Assembly: GCA_009780275.1 (NCBI GenBank)
Contig: WRAI01000002.1
Location: forward strand, 64,231 to 128,230
Source of the DNA: Oscillospiraceae bacterium
GTDB taxonomy: Bacteria; Bacillota; Clostridia; Oscillospirales; UBA929
Direction: 5' to 3'
DNA: 64,000 nucleotides
Under the pieces are notes generated by a model. It did no database searches. It was not told the origin of the DNA and worked only from the letters and a program-made list of their open reading frames with translations. A program made the translations under genes and the position numbers. Shown here piece after piece: positions 18,321 through 26,068 of this stretch; position 1 is the stretch's first letter, and each line of letters begins with the position of its first letter.

Positions 18321-18366
18321 AGGCATTTTTTACATTTATGGAAAAAGTGCCTTATAAGTGCGCCCT
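18321..18366 (+). other. Origin of transfer (oriT): imperfect inverted repeat followed by a MobQ-type nick core TAAGTGCGCCCT
   Basis: AGGCATTTTT-N11-AAAAAGTGCCT, then TA, then TAAGTGCGCCCT (18355-18366). This is the same core as the RSF1010/R1162 nick region as I recall it. It lies about 240 bp upstream of the relaxase gene. Confidence 0.65.
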
Positions 18367-18580
18367 TGCTTAAAATGCAAGGGAAATTCGCCCCGCTTCG
18401 CGGATGCTGTAATTATATCATAAGACGGTTGCAAAAGCAACTATCTTATGATATAATGCGTTAAAGCATACGGGGCGAATAAATTGATTTAGAAAAGCAA
18501 GGAGGGAAAATCGCATTGCGATTTTGTTTCTTGGATTGAAAAATCAATCGCACTTACCGTTCAGAAAAGGAGAAACGACT

Positions 18581-18865
18581 ATGGCAACAGTTAAGAAATC
18601 AATCGAGGAAAAATTAAAAGAATTGGAATTAAAGAAAGAGGCCGCCGAACAAAGAGCTAAACAAATTGATGCACAGATGAAAGACCTTAATAAAAAGAAA
18701 ACCGAAGCGGCTCGCAAAGAGCGTACCCGCCGCTTAATTCAAAACGGTGCACTGGCAGAAAAATATTTTGATTGCGATGGAGCTGACCAAGGCGTATTCG
18801 AGGATTTGCTAAAACGCATAGTAGCCGTTGACGGTGTACGAGAAATTATAGGAGCAGACCAATGA
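18581..18865 (+). CDS. DUF3847-like mobilisation accessory protein
   Basis: Start at MATVKK with an AAGGAGA RBS. Coiled-coil, then RKERTRRLIQNGALAEKYF, the pattern of DUF3847 proteins that accompany MobQ relaxases. Confidence 0.65.
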   Translation: MATVKKSIEEKLKELELKKEAAEQRAKQIDAQMKDLNKKKTEAARKERTRRLIQNGALAEKYFDCDGADQGVFEDLLKRIVAVDGVREIIGADQ

Positions 18866-19638
18866 AACGCCATCGTCGTTTCTCACCCTTATGGCTCTGT
18901 ATAGTCATTTTATTGATTGGCGTTTTTGCTTTTTCAGGGTCACAGATTTGGCGTCATGTTTCCGAAGAACGAGAAGTTGCGGAGCAATTCGACCGGCTAA
19001 CTTCACAAATCGAAAGGCCGCCCTCCCCGCCTCAGGGACAACCAAACTACACCGATGATGCGCCGGCTGAATGGACAGTGTTCGACCAATACGGTGCGTT
19101 GTTTTCACAAAACCCCGATATGATAGGTTGGATTTCTATTGACGGCACATCAATAAATTATCCTGTCATGCATACGCCGGGGCGGCCGGATTTTTACTTG
19201 CGGCGTAACTTCCGAGGTGAGCGTTGTCGCTTCGGCACACCATATATTTTTGAGTATGCCACTCTTGAACCACAGAGCGACAACATTACTATCTTTGCAC
19301 ACAATATGGGTAACAGTAGGATGTTTGGTTCGTTGATGAATTATAGGAACGCGACCTTTCTTGCCGAACATCCGATTATCAATTTTGACACCATTGCCGG
19401 CTTTGGACGGTATGAGATAATTACGGTATTCATCGCCAACCCGACTGCATTTCCATACCATATGTTTGTCAACGCTGCCGTTGAAGATGAGTTTGACGAA
19501 TTTGTGCGTCGAGGCAAGGAACTTGCTGTGAATAGTACCGGTGTTACTGCTACATATGGTGATAGGTTAATTACACTTTCTACTTGCATCAATACACGGC
19601 CGGACTATCGGCTTGTTGTTGTAGCGAGGAAGATATGA
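18862..19638 (+). CDS. srtB: Class B sortase
   Basis: N-terminal TM. NPDMIGWISIDGTSINYPVMH, TIFAHN (His), LITLSTC (Cys), RLVVVAR (Arg). Confidence 0.85.
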   Translation: MKRHRRFSPLWLCIVILLIGVFAFSGSQIWRHVSEEREVAEQFDRLTSQIERPPSPPQGQPNYTDDAPAEWTVFDQYGALFSQNPDMIGWISIDGTSINYPVMHTPGRPDFYLRRNFRGERCRFGTPYIFEYATLEPQSDNITIFAHNMGNSRMFGSLMNYRNATFLAEHPIINFDTIAGFGRYEIITVFIANPTAFPYHMFVNAAVEDEFDEFVRRGKELAVNSTGVTATYGDRLITLSTCINTRPDYRLVVVARKI

Positions 19639-19686
19639 ATTGTGTATTCTCTATACACAACACCAGCACACAACCGCATAGCGATA

Positions 19687-19715
19687 TTGCTATATAACGC
19701 AGATTGTGGTATAAT
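19687..19715 (+). promoter_or_regulatory. Putative extended -10 promoter
   Basis: TTGCTA-17 nt-(TGg)TATAAT, upstream of the 19746 gene. Confidence 0.4.
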
Positions 19716-19745
19716 TAACATACGCAAAAAGAAGGAGGCGGCAAA

Positions 19746-20099
19746 ATGAACCTAACCGATGTTATAGAGCATAAAGACTTCAACTTTGCGCTTGGCTCTT
19801 TCTTAGATGAGTTCAAGCGTAGTGATGAACAATGCGCTATGCTTGAAGCCCGGCCGCAATCTAGTAATGCCGGTCAAGTAAACCTCTGCATTTTGGCGGC
19901 AGTGGCGCATCACCTCGCCATTGTCAACAACCTATCTGTTCCTAAATGGGTGGATGACCCACAGTATAAGATGCCGCACCCTGTCTTTGCGTTCGACACG
20001 AAAAACAAAGAGTTTCAAGAGTTTTTAATCCAAGACACTCCTATTACCTTTGCAAGTAAAAATATCTTCCACGGTGCAAACGCCATTGAAAGGGCGTAA
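19746..20099 (+). CDS. Hypothetical protein (117 aa), upstream partner of the nucleotidyltransferase-like gene
   Basis: GAAGGAGG RBS. No recognisable domain. Confidence 0.55.
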   Translation: MNLTDVIEHKDFNFALGSFLDEFKRSDEQCAMLEARPQSSNAGQVNLCILAAVAHHLAIVNNLSVPKWVDDPQYKMPHPVFAFDTKNKEFQEFLIQDTPITFASKNIFHGANAIERA

Positions 20100-20103
20100 T
20101 GAT

Positions 20104-20739
20104 ATGCGTGAGCTGACAAGAGAGGATATACTCAAATATTTTGAGGAAATCAACAGCCGGCTCGCCGCCGAAAACAAACATGGTGACATCTATGTTGTCG
20201 GCGGAGCCGCCATGACCATGGTGTTTAACGCAAGGACGTCTACCTATGACATTGATGCTATCTTTGCGCCCAAAGAAGACTTACGCGCAATTATAAGTGA
20301 CATAGCCGAAAAACATTCACTTAACGAGGATTGGCTCAATGACGGCGCAAAGGGGTTTGTCACCGACAAGATGAAATTTCAAACGCACCTATCCTATTCC
20401 AACCTTACCGTACTGAGTGTCGATGCTGAGAGTTTACTTGCTATGAAGCTGACATCAGCGCGCGCCAACTCCAAGGATATGGATGATAGTATCTTTTTGA
20501 TGAAAGAGCTGGGCATTCAAAACGAAAAAGAGCTTTTTGACATCATTGATACATATATCCATCCGAACCAACAAACGATGATGGCAAAATACTTTACAAT
20601 GGAAGCATTTGAAAAGTATCATCAGTTTATTGAGCGTAAGCCTTCTTTACAGGATAAGAAAAAGCGATGCACAGATCAGAGCAAGCGCATGGCAGAGAAC
20701 AGGCAGGCAAAAAACTTACAAAAAAATATTGAGCGATAA
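20104..20739 (+). CDS. Nucleotidyltransferase-fold protein (DUF6036-like)
   Basis: Start at MRELTRED. IYVVGGAAM...TYDIDAIF is the hG[GS]...DxD minimal NTase signature. Basic C-terminal tail. Confidence 0.6.
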   Translation: MRELTREDILKYFEEINSRLAAENKHGDIYVVGGAAMTMVFNARTSTYDIDAIFAPKEDLRAIISDIAEKHSLNEDWLNDGAKGFVTDKMKFQTHLSYSNLTVLSVDAESLLAMKLTSARANSKDMDDSIFLMKELGIQNEKELFDIIDTYIHPNQQTMMAKYFTMEAFEKYHQFIERKPSLQDKKKRCTDQSKRMAENRQAKNLQKNIER

Positions 20740-20740
20740 A

Positions 20741-20775
20741 AAAGGAAACTTTGACAAATCCGAAGTTTCCTTTTT
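20741..20775. terminator. Rho-independent terminator
   Basis: aaaggaaactt-N11-aagtttccttt followed by a T-run. Confidence 0.7.
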
Positions 20776-20872
20776 GTTTGGATGTTATGCAGCGATTTAT
20801 TGTCTACACATTTTAATTGTGTATATGTATTACACAACCATAATACATTTCTATGTTTTCTTATTTCTCCTT

Positions 20873-21157
20873 TTAATCGCTATTTATCCAGTTTTCTAAA
20901 AGCTGGTTGATGGCTTCATTCATTGAAATGCCCAACTTTTTGCACTTCGCTTCTGCCATGTCGTGGGTAGATGGCTTTAACACAAATTGCTTCCTACGGT
21001 CGCGGATTTCGCCTTTTCGTTTAACAACAACCGCACCGGCCGACATGGTGGTAGATTCGTCTAATGACTTTTTATCAACCCCTGCAATAGAGGCGACAAT
21101 GCTACTTCTGCGCCGCTCTTCTCGCTGCTCAATGCCACTAAGGTTTTTGTCACTCAT
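20873..21157 (-). CDS. Small partition adaptor, probably a ribbon-helix-helix (ParG-like) centromere-binding protein
   Basis: 94 aa, overlaps the parA stop by 4 nt. The C-terminus KQFVLKPSTHDMAEAKCKKLGISMNEAINQLLENWI looks like strand-helix-helix. Confidence 0.5.
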   Translation of the reverse strand: MSDKNLSGIEQREERRRSSIVASIAGVDKKSLDESTTMSAGAVVVKRKGEIRDRRKQFVLKPSTHDMAEAKCKKLGISMNEAINQLLENWINSD

Positions 21158-21951
21158 GCGCTCACCGTCTTTCTGTATTCACCCGAAACAATCATTTTAG
21201 CAACATCTTTGTACGATTGTGCAATATCACTACTCGGGGCAAGTTCAACGACGGCTATACCGTCATATACGCCCTTTTTAACCATGACCTTTTTGCTGAC
21301 AACACCAATGACGTTATATTCCTGATTTAGCATTGCCAAAACGCTCCTATCGTCCTTTGACACCTTTTCATAGATGGTGGCAATAACCCCAAAAATCTTT
21401 GCGTTTGGGTTCAAATACTCTTGCACATCGCTTATCGAGTATTCGAGGTCTTTTATGCCCCGGTACGCCAAATAGTCGGTTTTAACGGGGATTATAATGC
21501 CATCGGCACATGATAGCGCATTGACTGTTAAAATGCCAAGCTGCGGGGGACAGTCAATGATGATAAAGTCAAAGTCATTGCGTATCGGTTCGATTGCCCG
21601 TGCAAGTATTTTTTCTCTGCTTGTTCTTGCGAATAATTGCATTTCCAGCCCGGCAAGGTCGATGACCGATGGAATAATGTACAGGTTTTCGTTTCTTGTC
21701 TTATGGATGCAATCCTTGATTCTTTCCTTGCCATCAGCCAATACTGAAACTATGCTGTTGTCTGCCGTGTCGTTTGGTTCAACTCCTGTTGAAATAGTCA
21801 AGCTCGCTTGGCTGTCAAGGTCAATCATTAAAACCTTCTTATCCAAAAGTGAGAGGGCAACCCCTAGATTGTGCGCGGTCGTCGTTTTTGCCACACCGCC
21901 TTTTTGATTTGCTATTGCTATAACCATTATCCGTACCCTTTCTGTACACAT
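21154..21951 (-). CDS. parA: ParA/Soj-family partition ATPase (the start may be Met9 at 21927)
   Basis: Deviant Walker A in IAIANQKGGVAKTTT, then LMIDLDSQASLT and IIIDCPP. Confidence 0.9.
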   Translation of the reverse strand: MCTERVRIMVIAIANQKGGVAKTTTAHNLGVALSLLDKKVLMIDLDSQASLTISTGVEPNDTADNSIVSVLADGKERIKDCIHKTRNENLYIIPSVIDLAGLEMQLFARTSREKILARAIEPIRNDFDFIIIDCPPQLGILTVNALSCADGIIIPVKTDYLAYRGIKDLEYSISDVQEYLNPNAKIFGVIATIYEKVSKDDRSVLAMLNQEYNVIGVVSKKVMVKKGVYDGIAVVELAPSSDIAQSYKDVAKMIVSGEYRKTVSA

Positions 21952-22281
21952 GGATTATACACAACATCAATACATATGTAAACATGTGCATTGTTTGTGT
22001 GATACTGTTGTGTAATGTGTATCAATAGCCAAATTGTAGCATGTTGTTCAGCGCATGTCAAGCATTTTCGAAACATGTTGAAATGCATTCCACATTCTTG
22101 TGTGTAGGAAAAGATAAATTATTTCAATGTTGGAGTTGTCTTTGTCCACCAGTTTGTCCACCAACAACCCACATTAACCCTCCCTAAACCGCACTATGGT
22201 CATGCACCACTGGATAACTATCGGCAAGCAAAAACCCCACCAAACCGTTGAAAATGCAACAGTTAGGCGGGGCTTGCGTTT

Positions 22282-22355
<74 letters not shown>

Positions 22356-22365
22356 ATGTTTAGTA

Positions 22366-22394
22366 ATTGTACCATACTTATTTTCATTTTGCAA
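22366..22394 (-). promoter_or_regulatory. Promoter of tRNA-Gly
   Basis: Minus strand TTGCAA-17 nt-(TGg)TACAAT, ending 10 nt before the tRNA 5' end. Confidence 0.5.
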
Positions 22395-22481
22395 GACTTT
22401 TTTTATATCAGAAATTTCGACATAGACTTATCCCTGCCGCTGTGTTATAATGTCCTCATAACATAATCGGAGGATACATAT

Positions 22482-23438
22482 ATGCATGTCGGCATACTCG
22501 GCAGCGGTCGCTGGGCAACGTTTTTGGCATGGTACACACGGCAATTAGGACATGCCGTAACGCTTTGGGGGCGGACTCAGTCGGAACGTTTCCGGCAATT
22601 ACAAACCTCACGCCGCAATGCCACTGTCACGTTGCAAAATGATATTGCTCTGGTAGACAATCTTACTGTTGTATCAAATTGCGACTATCTGCTCATCGCT
22701 GTCGCAGCGCAATCGCTGCGCGATGTGTTGAATGAATGCCAAATACAGAAGCTGCAAATCCCTATTGTCTTGTGCATGAAAGGTTTAGAAACTAAGAGCG
22801 GCTTACGGCTCAGCCAAGTCGCGACGCAATGCCTGGACGAAAATTACCCTACTGCCGTATGGCTCGGCCCGGGACATCCGCAGGATTTTGCTGCCGGCAT
22901 CCCCAACTGCATGGTTATCGACAGCCAGCACGACGCACTGCGGCGCGATGCCGCCGATGCTTTTTCCAGTCCGCTTATCCGTATCTATTATGGCAATGAC
23001 TTAATCGGCAACGAAATCGGCGCGGCAGCCAAAAACGTTGTCGGCATTGCGGCAGGCATGCTTGACGGCTCGGGACGCAGCAGCCTCAAAGGCGCGTTGA
23101 TGGCACGGGGCGCATACGAAATTTCACAATTAACCGCTAAACTTGGCGGTGATATCCGCTCAACTTATGGCTTATGCCACCTCGGCGATTATGAGGCAAC
23201 ACTCTTTTCCCCGCACAGTCAAAATCGCTTATATGGCGAACAGTTTATCCAAGGCAAACCGAGCCAAAAGCTGGCGGAAGGTTACCATTCCGTGCCTGCA
23301 TTCATTGAATTGGCACAGCAGCAGCAAATAGAGTTACCTATCTGTCAAGCCGTGTACGATATTATTTATAAACACGCCGATACCGCCGTAGTACTGGAGC
23401 GGCTGTTTGCGCGCGAAACGCGATATGAATTTATCTAG
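22482..23438 (+). CDS. gpsA: NAD(P)H-dependent glycerol-3-phosphate dehydrogenase
   Basis: GSGRWAT Rossmann N-terminus, GNEIGAAAKNV, C-terminal LPICQAVYDIIY pattern. Confidence 0.85.
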   Translation: MHVGILGSGRWATFLAWYTRQLGHAVTLWGRTQSERFRQLQTSRRNATVTLQNDIALVDNLTVVSNCDYLLIAVAAQSLRDVLNECQIQKLQIPIVLCMKGLETKSGLRLSQVATQCLDENYPTAVWLGPGHPQDFAAGIPNCMVIDSQHDALRRDAADAFSSPLIRIYYGNDLIGNEIGAAAKNVVGIAAGMLDGSGRSSLKGALMARGAYEISQLTAKLGGDIRSTYGLCHLGDYEATLFSPHSQNRLYGEQFIQGKPSQKLAEGYHSVPAFIELAQQQQIELPICQAVYDIIYKHADTAVVLERLFARETRYEFI

Positions 23439-23512
23439 ACGATGCCCGGCAAGTGTGTTATACTTGCTGCAATACTGACGCACAAATTTGTGAATGCATA
23501 GGAGACAACCCC

Positions 23513-26059
23513 ATGAGAGCAAGAAAAATCATAAGCCTATTCCTGGCCTGCGCAATGCTGTTGGCGCTGCTGCCCGCCGCCATGGCACAAACACCCGCGC
23601 AAGCAATAGACAGCGCCGTACCTTTCCGCGTCGAGCCCATGATGGCAGGCGACTATGCCTTGCGCTATGACGGTACGGTATGGCGTGTTGTACAGCGCGA
23701 GCGAACCTTTATTCCCCAATGGGACAGCTACACTTACACGCGGCTCAACAAAGCCACACAAGTGCCCGACTTAAGCAACATTGTTGCCATTGCGGGTTCT
23801 GAGTGGAATCATATGCTGGCACTGCGCCATGACGGCACGGTCTGGACATGGAATCTTGACCGCAACGCCAACAATATCCGTGTGGGTAATATCACCCAGC
23901 CCATCCCCGCCAATCGAGCGCAACCAATACAAGTGCCATGGATTACCGATGTGACAACACTCTATGCCAACGGCACCATACGCCGCGTTGACGACACAAG
24001 ATGGCAGTTTTTCATTTACTTGGATGGAGCTCATAACTACACGCTCCAGGAAGTTTGGGAAGACACATGGACAGGCACATGGGGCAGTGCGAGTCCTGTT
24101 GACAGCGGTTGGACTTCGAGCAGCGGCCTATGGCTTCTCGACGATGGCAGCGTTTTTGAGCGGCACTGGAACGACACCAATCCGGTTTCCAGCTTCTTGT
24201 CGTTTCCTGACAGAGCCGCGGCCATGAGCGTTGTCACGTGTCACGCACTCATCCTGCTAGAAGACGGCACGGTATGGGCCACAGCATTTAGACCAACACT
24301 CAACGACGAGTGGTGGTGCGAGTACTGCCACGAGTGGCATGTCAACTACGCATATTCCAGCTTTTGGCGCGAATTCGGCCCTAATCGCGAGCCGCAATTC
24401 GGCGACATCATTCAAGTGCCGGGTTTGACCAATGTTTCGTCTATCTACGCTGTCGACACCTCTTGGGGCAACGAGACCGCTCTCAGCGTCGCGTTGCGCG
24501 CCGACGGCACAGTATGGGCATGGGGACCGAATCTCATCTGGTCGGATCCCGGCAATTCAGATATGCGCTTCCTGCGTCCGGTCCAAGTGTCCGGATTAAC
24601 TGGTATAACACAAGTCGTCGCTGCATCCGATTGGGCGTTTTGGGTATTGGATGATAGCGGCATAATATGGGATGTCATGCACACAAGCACTGGGTGGCAT
24701 TCGCGGCAAATAGCAAACAACATTTCCTTCGCACTTAACCAAAATTTTGTCGTGCATAGCGACGGCACCCTGCGTGTCTGGGGTCGTGAAGTTCTTCACC
24801 CGGAGTGGGGCACTAGTTGGGAGAGCGGCTTCCATACCACCACCATGCCCAACGGCCAACCGTTCAACATCCTTCCCCGCCGCGACACGCCCAACAGCTG
24901 GGCCGTCACTTACATGAACGATGCACGCGAGATCGGCCTTATTGACGGGCCATTGCCCGATGGCGTCCTCTACCGTGACGGCGCACCACGTTGGTATATT
25001 GCCGAGTTGCTGGCGGCGTTTATGGAAGTGTATACAAGTAATACGTTGGCACAAATCGAAGTCGACTTTGTCATCCGCGGCGGTGAAATCTCCAATGTAA
25101 CTTTTCCTGATGTACCCGACAGCCATCCGCAATACACACAAATTATGGCTTTGGCACGATTGGGTATCCTAACGGGCGGCGAATTTGGCGGCGTGTTTGG
25201 CTTTAATCCCAATGGCACGTTGACACGCGCACAGGCTGCCGTCGGTCTGATGAACATGATGAGAGCTCTGGGCTATCAAACGACAGGCTTCTCGGATGCT
25301 GCTGACTTTGCTGACTGGCACATCGGCGGCGGGCAAGGCGGTATTCAATCTTGGGCTCGCGAGCCGGTGTCGTTTCTTTACTATCACAGCATTATGACAA
25401 GCACAGCTTCTGCTGGCACACCTCCTGGCACGCCGGCCTTTATCTTTAATCCCAACTTTGCGTTTCAAACACAGCAGTTGATTATTGCGATGGTGAGAAT
25501 GTTGGATGTTGATTGGCCTGTCCCGCCACCACCGGAAGGCTTCCCGCAAATGTCTATCACTCTGCCCGATCGGCGTTTGACTGCCGACGAACGCGCAGCA
25601 TGGATTGCCAAATACAACGCCATGGGCGGCGCATTCGCATTTGAACTTGAAGTCGTGCAGATCGTCAATGAAATACGCGCTGATCACGAACTAATTGCCG
25701 TTGAAATCGACGCCTCATTGATGCACGCCGCGCGATTTTATGCCCAAACTGTAGCACAATTTCCCGGAGCGGGTCACAATGTCGGCCCATACGCAGAGCC
25801 GGACGCGACGCATGGTGCATCGGCCAATATTGCGGCCGCTTTTGGCGCGCGATTGCGGTGGAACGGCGGCAATTTTGCTTGGGGCTCTCACTTGGGCATG
25901 ACGGCTGAAACACTTGTAAATCTTTGGATGAACTCACCGGGGCATCAAAGGTATATCTTGTCACCGGAACATCGATTTATCGGGGCCGGTGCACATGTTG
26001 GTGCCTCCGGCAGCGGCGTATACCACTACCTATTTTTGAGCGAACAACCAAGCATCTAG
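23513..26059 (+). CDS. Wall-associated protein: RCC1-like beta-propeller repeats, triple SLH-like anchor and a C-terminal CAP/SCP (YkwD-like) domain
   Basis: Start at MRARKIISLFLACAMLL (AGGAGA RBS). Repeated (R/E)xDGTVW motifs. SLH-like block at 24.9-25.5 kb. C-terminal NSPGHQRYILSPEHRFIGAG. Confidence 0.75.
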   Translation: MRARKIISLFLACAMLLALLPAAMAQTPAQAIDSAVPFRVEPMMAGDYALRYDGTVWRVVQRERTFIPQWDSYTYTRLNKATQVPDLSNIVAIAGSEWNHMLALRHDGTVWTWNLDRNANNIRVGNITQPIPANRAQPIQVPWITDVTTLYANGTIRRVDDTRWQFFIYLDGAHNYTLQEVWEDTWTGTWGSASPVDSGWTSSSGLWLLDDGSVFERHWNDTNPVSSFLSFPDRAAAMSVVTCHALILLEDGTVWATAFRPTLNDEWWCEYCHEWHVNYAYSSFWREFGPNREPQFGDIIQVPGLTNVSSIYAVDTSWGNETALSVALRADGTVWAWGPNLIWSDPGNSDMRFLRPVQVSGLTGITQVVAASDWAFWVLDDSGIIWDVMHTSTGWHSRQIANNISFALNQNFVVHSDGTLRVWGREVLHPEWGTSWESGFHTTTMPNGQPFNILPRRDTPNSWAVTYMNDAREIGLIDGPLPDGVLYRDGAPRWYIAELLAAFMEVYTSNTLAQIEVDFVIRGGEISNVTFPDVPDSHPQYTQIMALARLGILTGGEFGGVFGFNPNGTLTRAQAAVGLMNMMRALGYQTTGFSDAADFADWHIGGGQGGIQSWAREPVSFLYYHSIMTSTASAGTPPGTPAFIFNPNFAFQTQQLIIAMVRMLDVDWPVPPPPEGFPQMSITLPDRRLTADERAAWIAKYNAMGGAFAFELEVVQIVNEIRADHELIAVEIDASLMHAARFYAQTVAQFPGAGHNVGPYAEPDATHGASANIAAAFGARLRWNGGNFAWGSHLGMTAETLVNLWMNSPGHQRYILSPEHRFIGAGAHVGASGSGVYHYLFLSEQPSI

Positions 26060-26068
26060 GAGGCCATC

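Larger units (their letters stand above)
1..22200. mobile_element. One end of a conjugative/mobilisable element (ICE or integrated conjugative plasmid). It continues beyond the left window edge; the right boundary lies somewhere between parA and tRNA-Gly.
   Basis: Contiguous set of relaxase plus oriT, RepA_N, ParA, TopB, TA modules, sortase and adhesin, followed by a switch to housekeeping genes after 22.3 kb. The exact att site was not identified. Confidence 0.6.

Noticed and set aside
18138-18326. 62-aa ORF in the relaxase/oriT intergenic region
   Set aside because: It runs through the hairpin cluster and the oriT inverted repeat. It has no RBS and a low-complexity translation.
23453-23512. 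N-terminal extensions offered by the ORF track for several genes: 23453, 29598, 30919, 31566, 36458, 43220, 56866, 59536, 60395, 61692.
   Set aside because: Internal start codons are preceded by good GGAGG-type RBSs and give canonical family N-termini or signal peptides. The extensions overlap upstream genes or terminators.
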